From contig DAOUAK010000007.1 of NCBI GenBank assembly GCA_034433695.1, positions 498 through 64,497 on the forward strand: a stretch of DNA of 64,000 nucleotides, written 5' to 3'. Below are positions 56,652-64,000 of the stretch, one piece after another; the first letter of the stretch is position 1, and each line of letters opens with the position of its first letter. The translations under genes and the position numbers were made by a program. Below the pieces are notes generated by a model, which ran no database searches, was not told the origin of the DNA, and saw only the letters and a list, made by a program, of their open reading frames with translations. The DNA is from Chloroflexia bacterium (GTDB taxonomy: Bacteria > Chloroflexota > Chloroflexia > DTKN01).

Positions 56652-59600
56652 TTACGGCGCCTCAAAGACCAGGATACGCCCGTTCCCCGAATCGCTCACA
56701 TAGATCCGGCCGGTTTCATCCACGGCGATACCGACGGGGATGGACATCGGCACCCGGCCGGCGTCCACCCCACTCCAGACCAGAAGGACCTTCCCCGCCC
56801 CATCGGTAGCGGCCACATAGTTGCGTCCCGGGACGGTAAAGTAGACCTGCCCGCCGGGGGAAACGGCCACATACGGCTTGTTGTTATCTCCCGTGGAAAG
56901 TTCCCAGCCGGGAACCTCCCAGGTTGCGGCCGGCTGGGGGGAAATTCTTCCATCCGGGCCCGGAGCAAAGACCTGAAGGCGCATGTTCCAGGCGTCGGCG
57001 ACGTAGAGACGGCCGGAGGCATCCACGGCCAGGCCGACCGGCTCCAGAAACTGCCCCGGGGCGGAGCCGGCCGTCCCCCACTGGTAGAGGTACTCGCAGG
57101 TCAGGCGGCCGGATTCATCCGGGCGAACCCGGTAGGCCAGGATGCGCTCGTTCCCCGTATCGGCCACATAGACATTCCCCTGGGCATCCACGGCGACGGC
57201 GCGGGGGCCGTAGAAGCCGAAGGGATGGGCAGCGCGGGCGTTAGCATCCTCTCCCGTATCCACCAGAATCCCCTCACCCCATTTGCCCAGGAAATTGCCT
57301 TCGCCGTCAAAGACCTGGATGCGGTGATTCCATGTATCGGCGACGTAGACATGCCCCTGCCCGTCCACCGCCAGTCCCCAGGGGGTCTTGAACTGGCCGT
57401 CCCCCATCTGCAGAGGGCCTTCGCCGTCGGGGTCCAGGCAGCCTTCGCCGGTCTGAAGGTCACAGTAGGTACCCCAGGAGAAAAAGTTCCCCTGCGCATC
57501 GAAGCGGACCACGCGGTGATTGCCGCTGTCGGCGACGAAGAGGTTTCCCTGGGCGTCCAGGGCTATAGCCCCCGGAGCCCACAACTGGCCGGAGCCGCTT
57601 CCCGGACTTCCCATCACCCTTATCGCCGTGCGTTCGGTGAGTTTTTGGAGATAGGGGTCCTCTTCGAGTGCGGAGGGGCCGGCCGGCAAGAGGTCGCTGC
57701 GCACATAGAGGTAAAAGTCCTGGCCGGGAGCGACGAGGGGGACGCGCAACGCCTGACCGGGAGCAACGCTGGGGTTGCCGCCGTTCAGGGAAAGAAGCGT
57801 CTCGGAGGCGATGCCTAGGCGGGCGGCGATGGAGGCGAGGCTCTCGCCGGGCCGGACCTGGTAGGTAACCTCCGTGGGCAACTGGCGGTAGAGCCAGTAG
57901 TTCCAGAGGTCCCCCAGCCCTTTGGGGCTATATCTCCAGAACGCCAGGAGGGGCACCGTCTGGTAGCCTGCATCGGTTGCCCCGGCATAAAGGAAAGTCC
58001 AGCGCCGAAACGTCCCGTCCTCGGGAAATCCCCAGCGCGCCTTCAACCGCATCCCGGTATATTTTGCGGCCAGGACGGAACGCAGGGCCGGCTCGTGCTC
58101 GGCCAGGATCAGGACGATGTCGCCCTCGGTGCGGGGCACTCCCTGGCTTCCGTCGAATTCGGTGAGGGTGCCGGCCTGCTCAAAGGCGCGCAGATACCAG
58201 CGGAAGGGCCAGGCCAGCGTGTTCGTACAGGAGGGATCGGGGGGCTCCGTCGGGCAGGGGTTGTCCACCAGCACCCGGAGGCCATGCCCGCCGGTGGGGT
58301 CGGCGGACGTGCGCATCTCGCTCTTGCGGGTCTGGTCGCGGGACAGGCGTTCGATCTGGCGCACCACCAGAGGCACATCCGGCGCGGTCTGGTCGCGGAC
58401 GAGCATCTCCTGTGGGGAGTCGCCGCCGTAAAAGTTCAGGAGGAAGGTGCTGCGGGCGGTATAGAGGGCCAGAAGGAGGAGGCCCAGGACGGCAAACGAT
58501 TGCCCCAGGCGGCGGCCCTCACTCCGCCAGATACGCCAGGCCAGGAAAGCCAGCAGCCCGAGGACGATGAGGGCCAGGACACCCATCAGCAGGCTCTGGT
58601 ACTCCTCGACACGGGGATGGGGCAACTGCCCCTGGCCCAGAATCACCAGGCCGCGCAGGGCAAAGGCCAGGAGGAGAAAGAGGGGGGCGATGGCCCACTC
58701 GCCGTGACGCCACAGTTTGCGCCAGGCACACCAGGAGGCGAAGCGTTCCAGGGCCAGACCGGAGAGGAGCATCCAGGGCAAAGCCACGTGCAGGAGAAGC
58801 CAGGGAGATTTTTCCCCGGCCCAGGAGAAGGCCAGGAAGGAGAAGACGGACCAGTAGGACAGGAAGACATGGAAGAGAGGAACGTCGAACGTTGAACGAG
58901 GAACGTTGAACGAGGAACGGCCGGCTTCTTCCGTCCCAGAACGTCTCATCCGGGCCAGGACCAGCCCCAGGCCGGCCAATCCGGCGGTCAGGGCGATCGG
59001 CTCGTAGAGGGCCAGGAGGATGGGATAGTACGACCAGTCCCCCCCACCCTGGAGATGCCGTCCGGCCCAGTATTCGATTCCCCGCACCAGGCCGTCCAGA
59101 AAACCGCGCGGATGGGTGAGAAAGGTGGTAAAGAAGAGGGCAAAGATCAGGCCAAAGACGCCCAGGGCGGTGAAAAAGGGGCGGGGGTCTTCCCGGAGAG
59201 AACGCACCGCCTGCACCAGGGCGGAGGCATCGGCGCGGAGGAAAGAGAGGCCCAGGTAGCCCAGGGAGAGGAAGGCCAGCAGGATGAGGACGGCTTGCAG
59301 GACGGGAACAACGCCCAGGGTGGCCAGGCCGGCCGCCCCCAGAAGGCCGACCACAAAGACCAGGCCGGCGATGGTCCTCCCCTCGGTGAGAAAGCGCTCT
59401 CCCTGGACCTGGAGGAGATAGGCCCACCCCAGGAAAGAAAGGAAGACAAGGCCGATGAGGAAGGAAGCCTCATGGGTGGTTACGGCCAGGGCCAGGCAGG
59501 CCCCGGCCAGGACCAGGTCGGCGGGGCGGCGTACCTCCAGGTAGCGGAAGAGGAAAAAGACTGCGCCCAGGGTAAAGAGGGCGACGAACGCTTCCGGCCG

Positions 59601-60101
59601 GGCAGAGCGGGAAAAGTAGACGAAGGAAGGAGAAAGGGCCAGCAGCGCAAGGGTGGCTATACCGCCCCAATGGCCCAGCCAGCGCCGCAGGGGGAAGGCC
59701 AGGGCCACGAGCAGCACGCCGGCCAGGGCCGGAGCCAGGCGGGCCGTGGCGTCGCTATCCCCGAAGAGGAAGTAGAAAAGGGCGGTCAGGTGGTAGAGAA
59801 AGGGGCCGTGGAAAGCCGGATCGTACCGATAGGGAAGGGCACCCCGGTAGAACTGCCAGGAGAACCAGGCATAGAGGGACTCGTCCGGATGCATCGCCCG
59901 GCCGCCCAGGTCCAGAAGGCGCAGGAGCGCCGCCGCAAGAAGCAGGCCCAGGAAGAGCCAGACCGGCACGGGGACGCGGGTCAGGTCCACCGTCCGGTCC
60001 AACAACGAAAGCGGCCGGCCGACGCCTTCGTTCGCACGGGTAACCCTGGGGATCGCCCCCTCCTGAGCATATGGTCCTTCTCTTTCGGCCATCTTGTTCA
60101 C
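56652..60101 (-). CDS. ArnT/PMT_2-like GT-C membrane glycosyltransferase fused to LysM domain and NHL-repeat beta-propeller
   Basis: N-terminal HPDESLYAWFSW (DE motif of the ArnT/PMT first loop) followed by more than 12 TM helices. LysM segment YQVRPGESLASIAARLGIASETLLSLNG. At least 6 NHL-like blades (e.g. GNLFVADSGNHRVVRFD, GHVYVADTWNHRIQVFD, GNVYVADTGNERILAY, GRLYVADAWNMRLQVF, GRIYVSDSGNGRILVFE). Confidence 0.8.
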   Translation of the reverse strand: MNKMAEREGPYAQEGAIPRVTRANEGVGRPLSLLDRTVDLTRVPVPVWLFLGLLLAAALLRLLDLGGRAMHPDESLYAWFSWQFYRGALPYRYDPAFHGPFLYHLTALFYFLFGDSDATARLAPALAGVLLVALAFPLRRWLGHWGGIATLALLALSPSFVYFSRSARPEAFVALFTLGAVFFLFRYLEVRRPADLVLAGACLALAVTTHEASFLIGLVFLSFLGWAYLLQVQGERFLTEGRTIAGLVFVVGLLGAAGLATLGVVPVLQAVLILLAFLSLGYLGLSFLRADASALVQAVRSLREDPRPFFTALGVFGLIFALFFTTFLTHPRGFLDGLVRGIEYWAGRHLQGGGDWSYYPILLALYEPIALTAGLAGLGLVLARMRRSGTEEAGRSSFNVPRSTFDVPLFHVFLSYWSVFSFLAFSWAGEKSPWLLLHVALPWMLLSGLALERFASWCAWRKLWRHGEWAIAPLFLLLAFALRGLVILGQGQLPHPRVEEYQSLLMGVLALIVLGLLAFLAWRIWRSEGRRLGQSFAVLGLLLLALYTARSTFLLNFYGGDSPQEMLVRDQTAPDVPLVVRQIERLSRDQTRKSEMRTSADPTGGHGLRVLVDNPCPTEPPDPSCTNTLAWPFRWYLRAFEQAGTLTEFDGSQGVPRTEGDIVLILAEHEPALRSVLAAKYTGMRLKARWGFPEDGTFRRWTFLYAGATDAGYQTVPLLAFWRYSPKGLGDLWNYWLYRQLPTEVTYQVRPGESLASIAARLGIASETLLSLNGGNPSVAPGQALRVPLVAPGQDFYLYVRSDLLPAGPSALEEDPYLQKLTERTAIRVMGSPGSGSGQLWAPGAIALDAQGNLFVADSGNHRVVRFDAQGNFFSWGTYCDLQTGEGCLDPDGEGPLQMGDGQFKTPWGLAVDGQGHVYVADTWNHRIQVFDGEGNFLGKWGEGILVDTGEDANARAAHPFGFYGPRAVAVDAQGNVYVADTGNERILAYRVRPDESGRLTCEYLYQWGTAGSAPGQFLEPVGLAVDASGRLYVADAWNMRLQVFAPGPDGRISPQPAATWEVPGWELSTGDNNKPYVAVSPGGQVYFTVPGRNYVAATDGAGKVLLVWSGVDAGRVPMSIPVGIAVDETGRIYVSDSGNGRILVFEAP
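58879..58920. repeat. short tandem repeat (GAACGNN x6, or 14-mer GAACGTTGAACGAG x2.5) inside the GT-C/NHL coding sequence
   Basis: GGAACGTCGAACGTTGAACGAGGAACGTTGAACGAGGAACGG. Encodes the SSFNVPRSTFDVP loop between TM segments. The unit length is not a multiple of 3. Confidence 0.6.
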
Positions 60102-60110
60102 CTGACGAGA

Positions 60111-63014
60111 TCAACGCTTGGGTATATGATCCTTCAACCATTCCAGCGGCAAGACCAGGTCGCGCCGAATGTAGACGGCGAACTCGCGTGCCCCCAGCGG
60201 GGAAGGAACCTGGCGGAAGAGCAGGTAGCGCCAGATGCGGGCCTGCCCACTGGGGTTGAGCAGGACCTGAAAGACATCGCCCAGGTCGGGTTCGCGCATC
60301 TGTCCGAGGATACTATAGCCGCCGGGAAAAGAGGCCGGGCGCAGGAGGCTCAGGAGCGGGCCGGCCGGACCCAGCGGAAACTGCCCGACCTCCCGGGCCG
60401 CCTGGTAGGCTCGAGAAAAGACGCCCGGCAGAAGGAGGGAGATCGGTTCCAGGGCGGCCATCCGGCGCTCGCGCTCTTGAAGCAACTCCGGGGCCAGACG
60501 CTCCATAAAGGTACGGGTACTCCGGTAGATTTCCTCGGGAAACCACCAGTTGAAGGCATAGTAGCGGGTGGGGGCAAAATCCTTCTCCAGGAAGGCCGCG
60601 CTTTCGCTGCCATAGGTCCGGTAGGTTAGGACGACGGCGGCATCCCGGTATTGCTGGAGGCTGGCGGGGCTGACGGTGGCCCCGACCAGGGCCCGGTGGG
60701 GGTAGTTGCGCAGATACCACTCCAGCGGCCAGGCCACCTCGTTTTCGTAAAGGACGGTTATGTCCCGGCCGCCGGTGGTGAGGGTGGAGAGGGTGCCGAT
60801 TTCGTCCACGGCCCACTGCAGGTCGGAGGAGGACTGAACGTAGATGAGCATCTCCACCGGCGTATCGTTGTTCAGGTAGGTCAGCCGGAAGGCGCTGCCG
60901 AAACTGTAGAGGGAGAAAAGGATCAGGAGGAGAAGGGCGGCGCTGCGCCAGGCCCGCTTCCCCACCAGGAGGGCCCGGAGGAGGAGGGCAACGGCAAAGA
61001 TCGCCGGGGGAACGTAGAGCGCATACCACTCCCCATAGGCTTGCTCCGGGTGTTCGGCCGGCCAGCCGAAGGAGCGGGAACTGGCCCCCAGGATGGACAT
61101 CCCAAAGGCCGCCAGGCCCAGCACCCAAAAGCCCGCCTCGCTCCGCCAGGCGCTTTCCCCCCCGGAGAAGGCCAGGTAGGCCAGGCCCAGGAGGACGGCG
61201 CTGCACCCGAGCCAGAGGAGAAACTCGGCCGGCCGGGAGAAGAAAGCGCGGCCGGCCCAGAGGAGGAGACCGGCCCCCAGGAGAAAAGTCAGGCGGTCGG
61301 CCCAGAGGCGGGCCGGGGCCGGGCCGGATTCGTCGCCTCCGGGATGTCCGGCGGGCCGCCGGCCGCCGCCGGCGCGGGGACGCGCCTGAAGCAGCCGATC
61401 CTGCCGAAGCCACCGCCCGAGAAGACCCGGCCCCTCCGGCCGGGCGGCCACAACCCTCCCCAGGAACGTCGCCGCCAGGAGGACAAAGGGCAGGGCCGGG
61501 TGGACGTTCAGCCAGGGGGTCTGTTCCCCGGCAAAGGAGTACAGGAAGAGGGTCAGCGGGGCCCACAGGGAAAGCAACCCGGTGGCGAACCCCGGGGCGG
61601 CGGCCGGCGGCGCGGCCATCTCCTGCCCGGGTTGCGGACACCCGGCCTGCCCCCGGGTCAGCCCCCGCCAGGCATAGTACAGGACCCCCAACGTGCCAAA
61701 GAGGAGCGAGACCGGCTCATAGACGGAAATCAGCATGAGGAAGTATTGCGGGCCGACGTGGATGCGCTTGACCTCCTGTTGCGTGAGCCAGAAGCCCAGA
61801 GGTTGCAGGAGGCCGGTGGCCCAACCGGTCATGCTCTGGAAAAAAGAAGTGTGGAGGACAAAAAAGATGCCCCAGAAGAGGCCGGCGGCCAGGGCAAAAC
61901 GTCGCGGGTTCCAGAGCAGGCCCAGCGCGACCGAGAGGGCGAAGGTGAAGGCGACGGCGATGAGGGCCAGGGGAACTACCTCGGAGGGAAACTCGGTGGA
62001 GTTGTATCCCAGCGGAGGCAGGCCGCGCAACGCGATCAGGGCGTTCAGGGGAACGGCCGAGAGAAGCGGCAGGACCAGGGCCAGGAGGAGGACCACCAGG
62101 TCCAGCGAGGGGTCTATAGAGGCAAGGCCTGCCTTGCCCCTACTGCGGCATTCCCAGAGGTATCCGACCAGCATGGCCAGCACGGCCGCCCCGGCTGCCA
62201 GAAGAAAACCCAGGGAAAGGGCACTCAACGGGAGACCGAAGACCTTGATGAGGGGAGGGAGGAAGGCCCCTCGGCCCATGACCTGCCAGAGGTCCTCCAG
62301 AGCGGCCGGAAGCAGGCCCAGCAGAGGCCAGAAGGCGTGCAGGCCGTAGCGTTCCCAGAGCACCTGGGCCACCAGGAAGAGAAAGAAGACGGCGGTAGCA
62401 AGGTATGCGGTCGGCTTGGCGCAAAAGTGCAAACAGGTGGCCAGAACGGCCCCATAGAGCCAGAGGTCCCGCCGTTCGCCCACATAGCGCACGATGCAGA
62501 CAAAGAGGAGAAGGGTGAAAAAGGCCCCGAAGACGTCGGGGTGGCCGAAGCGGCCGAAGTAGAGAAAGGTCGGCGAGATAAGGAGAAGGAAAGAGGCCAG
62601 GAGTGCTCCCCAACGGCCCAGGTAGCGGCGAAGCAGGGCCGGCAGCATGACCGTGGCCGTGCCGAAGACGGCCAGAATCAGGCGAAAGGTGGCATCGCTA
62701 TCGCCGAAGAGGAAATAGGAAAGAGCGGCGGCGTGGTAGATGAGGGGGCCGTGGTAGACGGCGTCGTGCACCCAGCCATAGCCCCGGTAGATGTTCCAGC
62801 CGAAGAGGGCGTGGATGCCCTCGTCGTGGTGCAGGGCCATCCCGTTCAGGAGGGCGAAACGGGTGAGGAGGGCCAGGGCGAAGATCAGGAGGTAGAGGAG
62901 CGTCTCCAGAGAAAGTCCCCGACGGGACGCCGTATGGCCGGCCGGGATAGAGGGCCGGCCGGCTTCCGGCAAAGAGGTGTCATCTTCCTGCGCCCGAGGC
63001 CATGCTTGGGCCAT
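60111..63014 (-). CDS. ArnT/PMT_2-like GT-C membrane glycosyltransferase (paralog of the adjacent gene)
   Basis: HHDEGIHALFGWNIYRGYGWVHDAVYHGPLIYH aligns with HPDESLYAWFSWQFYRGALPYRYDPAFHGPFLYH of the neighbour. More than 14 TM helices and a C-terminal soluble domain. Confidence 0.8.
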   Translation of the reverse strand: MAQAWPRAQEDDTSLPEAGRPSIPAGHTASRRGLSLETLLYLLIFALALLTRFALLNGMALHHDEGIHALFGWNIYRGYGWVHDAVYHGPLIYHAAALSYFLFGDSDATFRLILAVFGTATVMLPALLRRYLGRWGALLASFLLLISPTFLYFGRFGHPDVFGAFFTLLLFVCIVRYVGERRDLWLYGAVLATCLHFCAKPTAYLATAVFFLFLVAQVLWERYGLHAFWPLLGLLPAALEDLWQVMGRGAFLPPLIKVFGLPLSALSLGFLLAAGAAVLAMLVGYLWECRSRGKAGLASIDPSLDLVVLLLALVLPLLSAVPLNALIALRGLPPLGYNSTEFPSEVVPLALIAVAFTFALSVALGLLWNPRRFALAAGLFWGIFFVLHTSFFQSMTGWATGLLQPLGFWLTQQEVKRIHVGPQYFLMLISVYEPVSLLFGTLGVLYYAWRGLTRGQAGCPQPGQEMAAPPAAAPGFATGLLSLWAPLTLFLYSFAGEQTPWLNVHPALPFVLLAATFLGRVVAARPEGPGLLGRWLRQDRLLQARPRAGGGRRPAGHPGGDESGPAPARLWADRLTFLLGAGLLLWAGRAFFSRPAEFLLWLGCSAVLLGLAYLAFSGGESAWRSEAGFWVLGLAAFGMSILGASSRSFGWPAEHPEQAYGEWYALYVPPAIFAVALLLRALLVGKRAWRSAALLLLILFSLYSFGSAFRLTYLNNDTPVEMLIYVQSSSDLQWAVDEIGTLSTLTTGGRDITVLYENEVAWPLEWYLRNYPHRALVGATVSPASLQQYRDAAVVLTYRTYGSESAAFLEKDFAPTRYYAFNWWFPEEIYRSTRTFMERLAPELLQERERRMAALEPISLLLPGVFSRAYQAAREVGQFPLGPAGPLLSLLRPASFPGGYSILGQMREPDLGDVFQVLLNPSGQARIWRYLLFRQVPSPLGAREFAVYIRRDLVLPLEWLKDHIPKR

Positions 63015-63065
63015 CGCCGTCTTGTGCTCCTGCCTTGGGTATGGCCGGGATGTCCCGGCAAGGCC

Positions 63066-63094
63066 ATTATACCTGAAGAGGCCGGCCCAGGCAA
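63066..63094 (-). promoter_or_regulatory. promoter TTGCCT-17-TATAAT (minus strand) for the tandem GT-C genes and possibly recF
   Basis: Minus-strand read is TTGCCTgggccggcctcttcagGTATAAT. The -10 lies 50 nt upstream of the start at 63014. Confidence 0.5.
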
Positions 63095-63476
63095 ATCGCG
63101 TAGAGGCATACGTAGGGCCGCTTCATAGTCGCTGAACAGGGGACTATGGGCAGGGATCCCCCGATTTGCCAGAACGATCATCGGGTGCTTTCAGGTGTAT
63201 ACAGTCTGGGCTCGGACAAATTTTGAATTGTGGGTTGCAACTGGCAAAAGTTGGTCTGTTCGTGCACGCTGGTGGGGAAACATCCTGGAATATGATGCCC
63301 TGGTGGGGCGCGATCTCGAGTAAGGTCGAAATCGAGCGATTTTCATGAGTCCGGTTGGTTACACCAGCACGAAAGCGGCGTTGGACGAGTTCTCGGCCCA
63401 ACCTTTAGCGGCTCTGCGTATTTTGGGGGTAACTATCGGACTATGAAACAGCCCTCGACACACAATTACGGGGGAC

Positions 63477-63505
63477 TTGACAAATTGCAATAGGTGTGGT
63501 ATAAT
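63477..63505 (+). promoter_or_regulatory. promoter TTGACA-17-TATAAT (TGgTATAAT) at the right end of the window
   Basis: TTGACA at 63477-63482 and TATAAT at 63500-63505. Followed by a ~100-nt leader containing a 12-codon uORF and a GC palindrome. Confidence 0.6.
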
Positions 63506-63607
63506 GGGTGTAAACGGGCCGGCGGCCCGGCCGAGAAAAAGCGAAGGAGGTGATAGGATGGACGTTTCGGCCAACCGGTACTCGAAAGCAGGTTGAAAGG
63601 AGGAGGG

Positions 63608-63850
63608 ATGTCCTCGAAGCGGCGAGAAAAGGCGGCAAGCGGCATCGGGGTCGGGCCGGCCCTGGCCGGCCTGGCGATTGTGGTGCCGGTCTGGGTGGGC
63701 CTGACCGGGCCGGCGGTGGCCGGGAGACCCCAGGGGGCGGGAGAGCCTCCGGTGGCCTTTCCCCAGTCTTTGCCGACCGCTGCCGGAGGGGAGCCGGCGG
63801 CCGGCGTGCAGCACCGCGAGGTTGTGGGCACGATCCCCCTGGGGCTGTGA
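63608..63850 (+). CDS. small hypothetical membrane protein (about 80 aa)
   Basis: ATG 63608 is 6 nt after AGGAGG. One hydrophobic helix (ALAGLAIVVPVWVGL). No homology recognised. Confidence 0.35.
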   Translation: MSSKRREKAASGIGVGPALAGLAIVVPVWVGLTGPAVAGRPQGAGEPPVAFPQSLPTAAGGEPAAGVQHREVVGTIPLGL

Positions 63851-63869
63851 AAGGGAAGGAGGAAAAAGG

Positions 63870-64000
63870 TGAAAACGAGGACCTGGAGAGTGGTACTGCT
63901 TCTGTCCGGAGTGTTTCTGGCCGTCCTGCAGGGCGAAGGAGGGGTAACCCCGGCCATGGCCGGTTCCCCCGATGGAAAGGTAGAGGTGCTGGCCGTCCCC
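63870..64000 (+). CDS. hypothetical secreted protein, 5' part only (runs off the window)
   Basis: GTG 63870 after GGAAGGAGG. Signal-peptide-like VKTRTWRVVLLLSGVFLAVLQG. Confidence 0.35.

Overview
High-GC (about 65-68%) bacterial chromosomal segment, probably Chloroflexota-like; this is an inference from the split secD/secF genes, a FemAB gene, dimeric GlyRS and near-consensus sigma70-type promoters. Genes are densely packed and often translationally coupled (ATGA/GTGA/TTGA overlaps). Housekeeping genes: uvrA, secD, secF, clpB, glyQS, xerC/D-type recombinase, recF, deoC, wecB, a P-type Ca-ATPase, tRNA-Arg(CCG) and tRNA-Lys(CTT). The window is unusually rich in glycan/glycosylation machinery: an ArnC/DPM1-like GT2 plus a flippase-like membrane protein, three further GT2/GT4 genes, a secDF-linked operon of methyltransferase-GT4-GT4-large membrane protein-methyltransferase, a GT87/DUF2029-like gene, and two tandem ArnT/PMT-like GT-C genes, one fused to LysM plus an NHL beta-propeller. 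The most unusual locus is a two-gene cassette at about 10.1-15.4 kb: a P-loop STAND-like NTPase fused to a C-terminal Hanks Ser/Thr kinase, translationally coupled to a paralogous NTPase carrying an N-terminal roughly 10-TM domain. It is transcribed divergently from an operon encoding a PfkB kinase, REC-GGDEF(degenerate GGDDF)-REC, a REC, an M20 peptidase and a GT2. Also present: a frameshifted, truncated IS605-family tnpB relic abutting a 5'-truncated clan GH-A glycoside hydrolase fragment (junction contains a 28-bp perfect palindrome), a three-member family of CGGGTAGG...CCTACCCG intergenic hairpins, an orphan YgfK-like oxidoreductase, and a DUF2089-MFS-DUF4097 envelope-type cluster. About a dozen promoters fit TTGnnn-17-TATAAT almost perfectly. 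No CRISPR array and no rRNA were seen. Long antisense ORFs are treated as GC-driven shadows. All coordinates and motifs were read by eye from the sequence and should be verified computationally.
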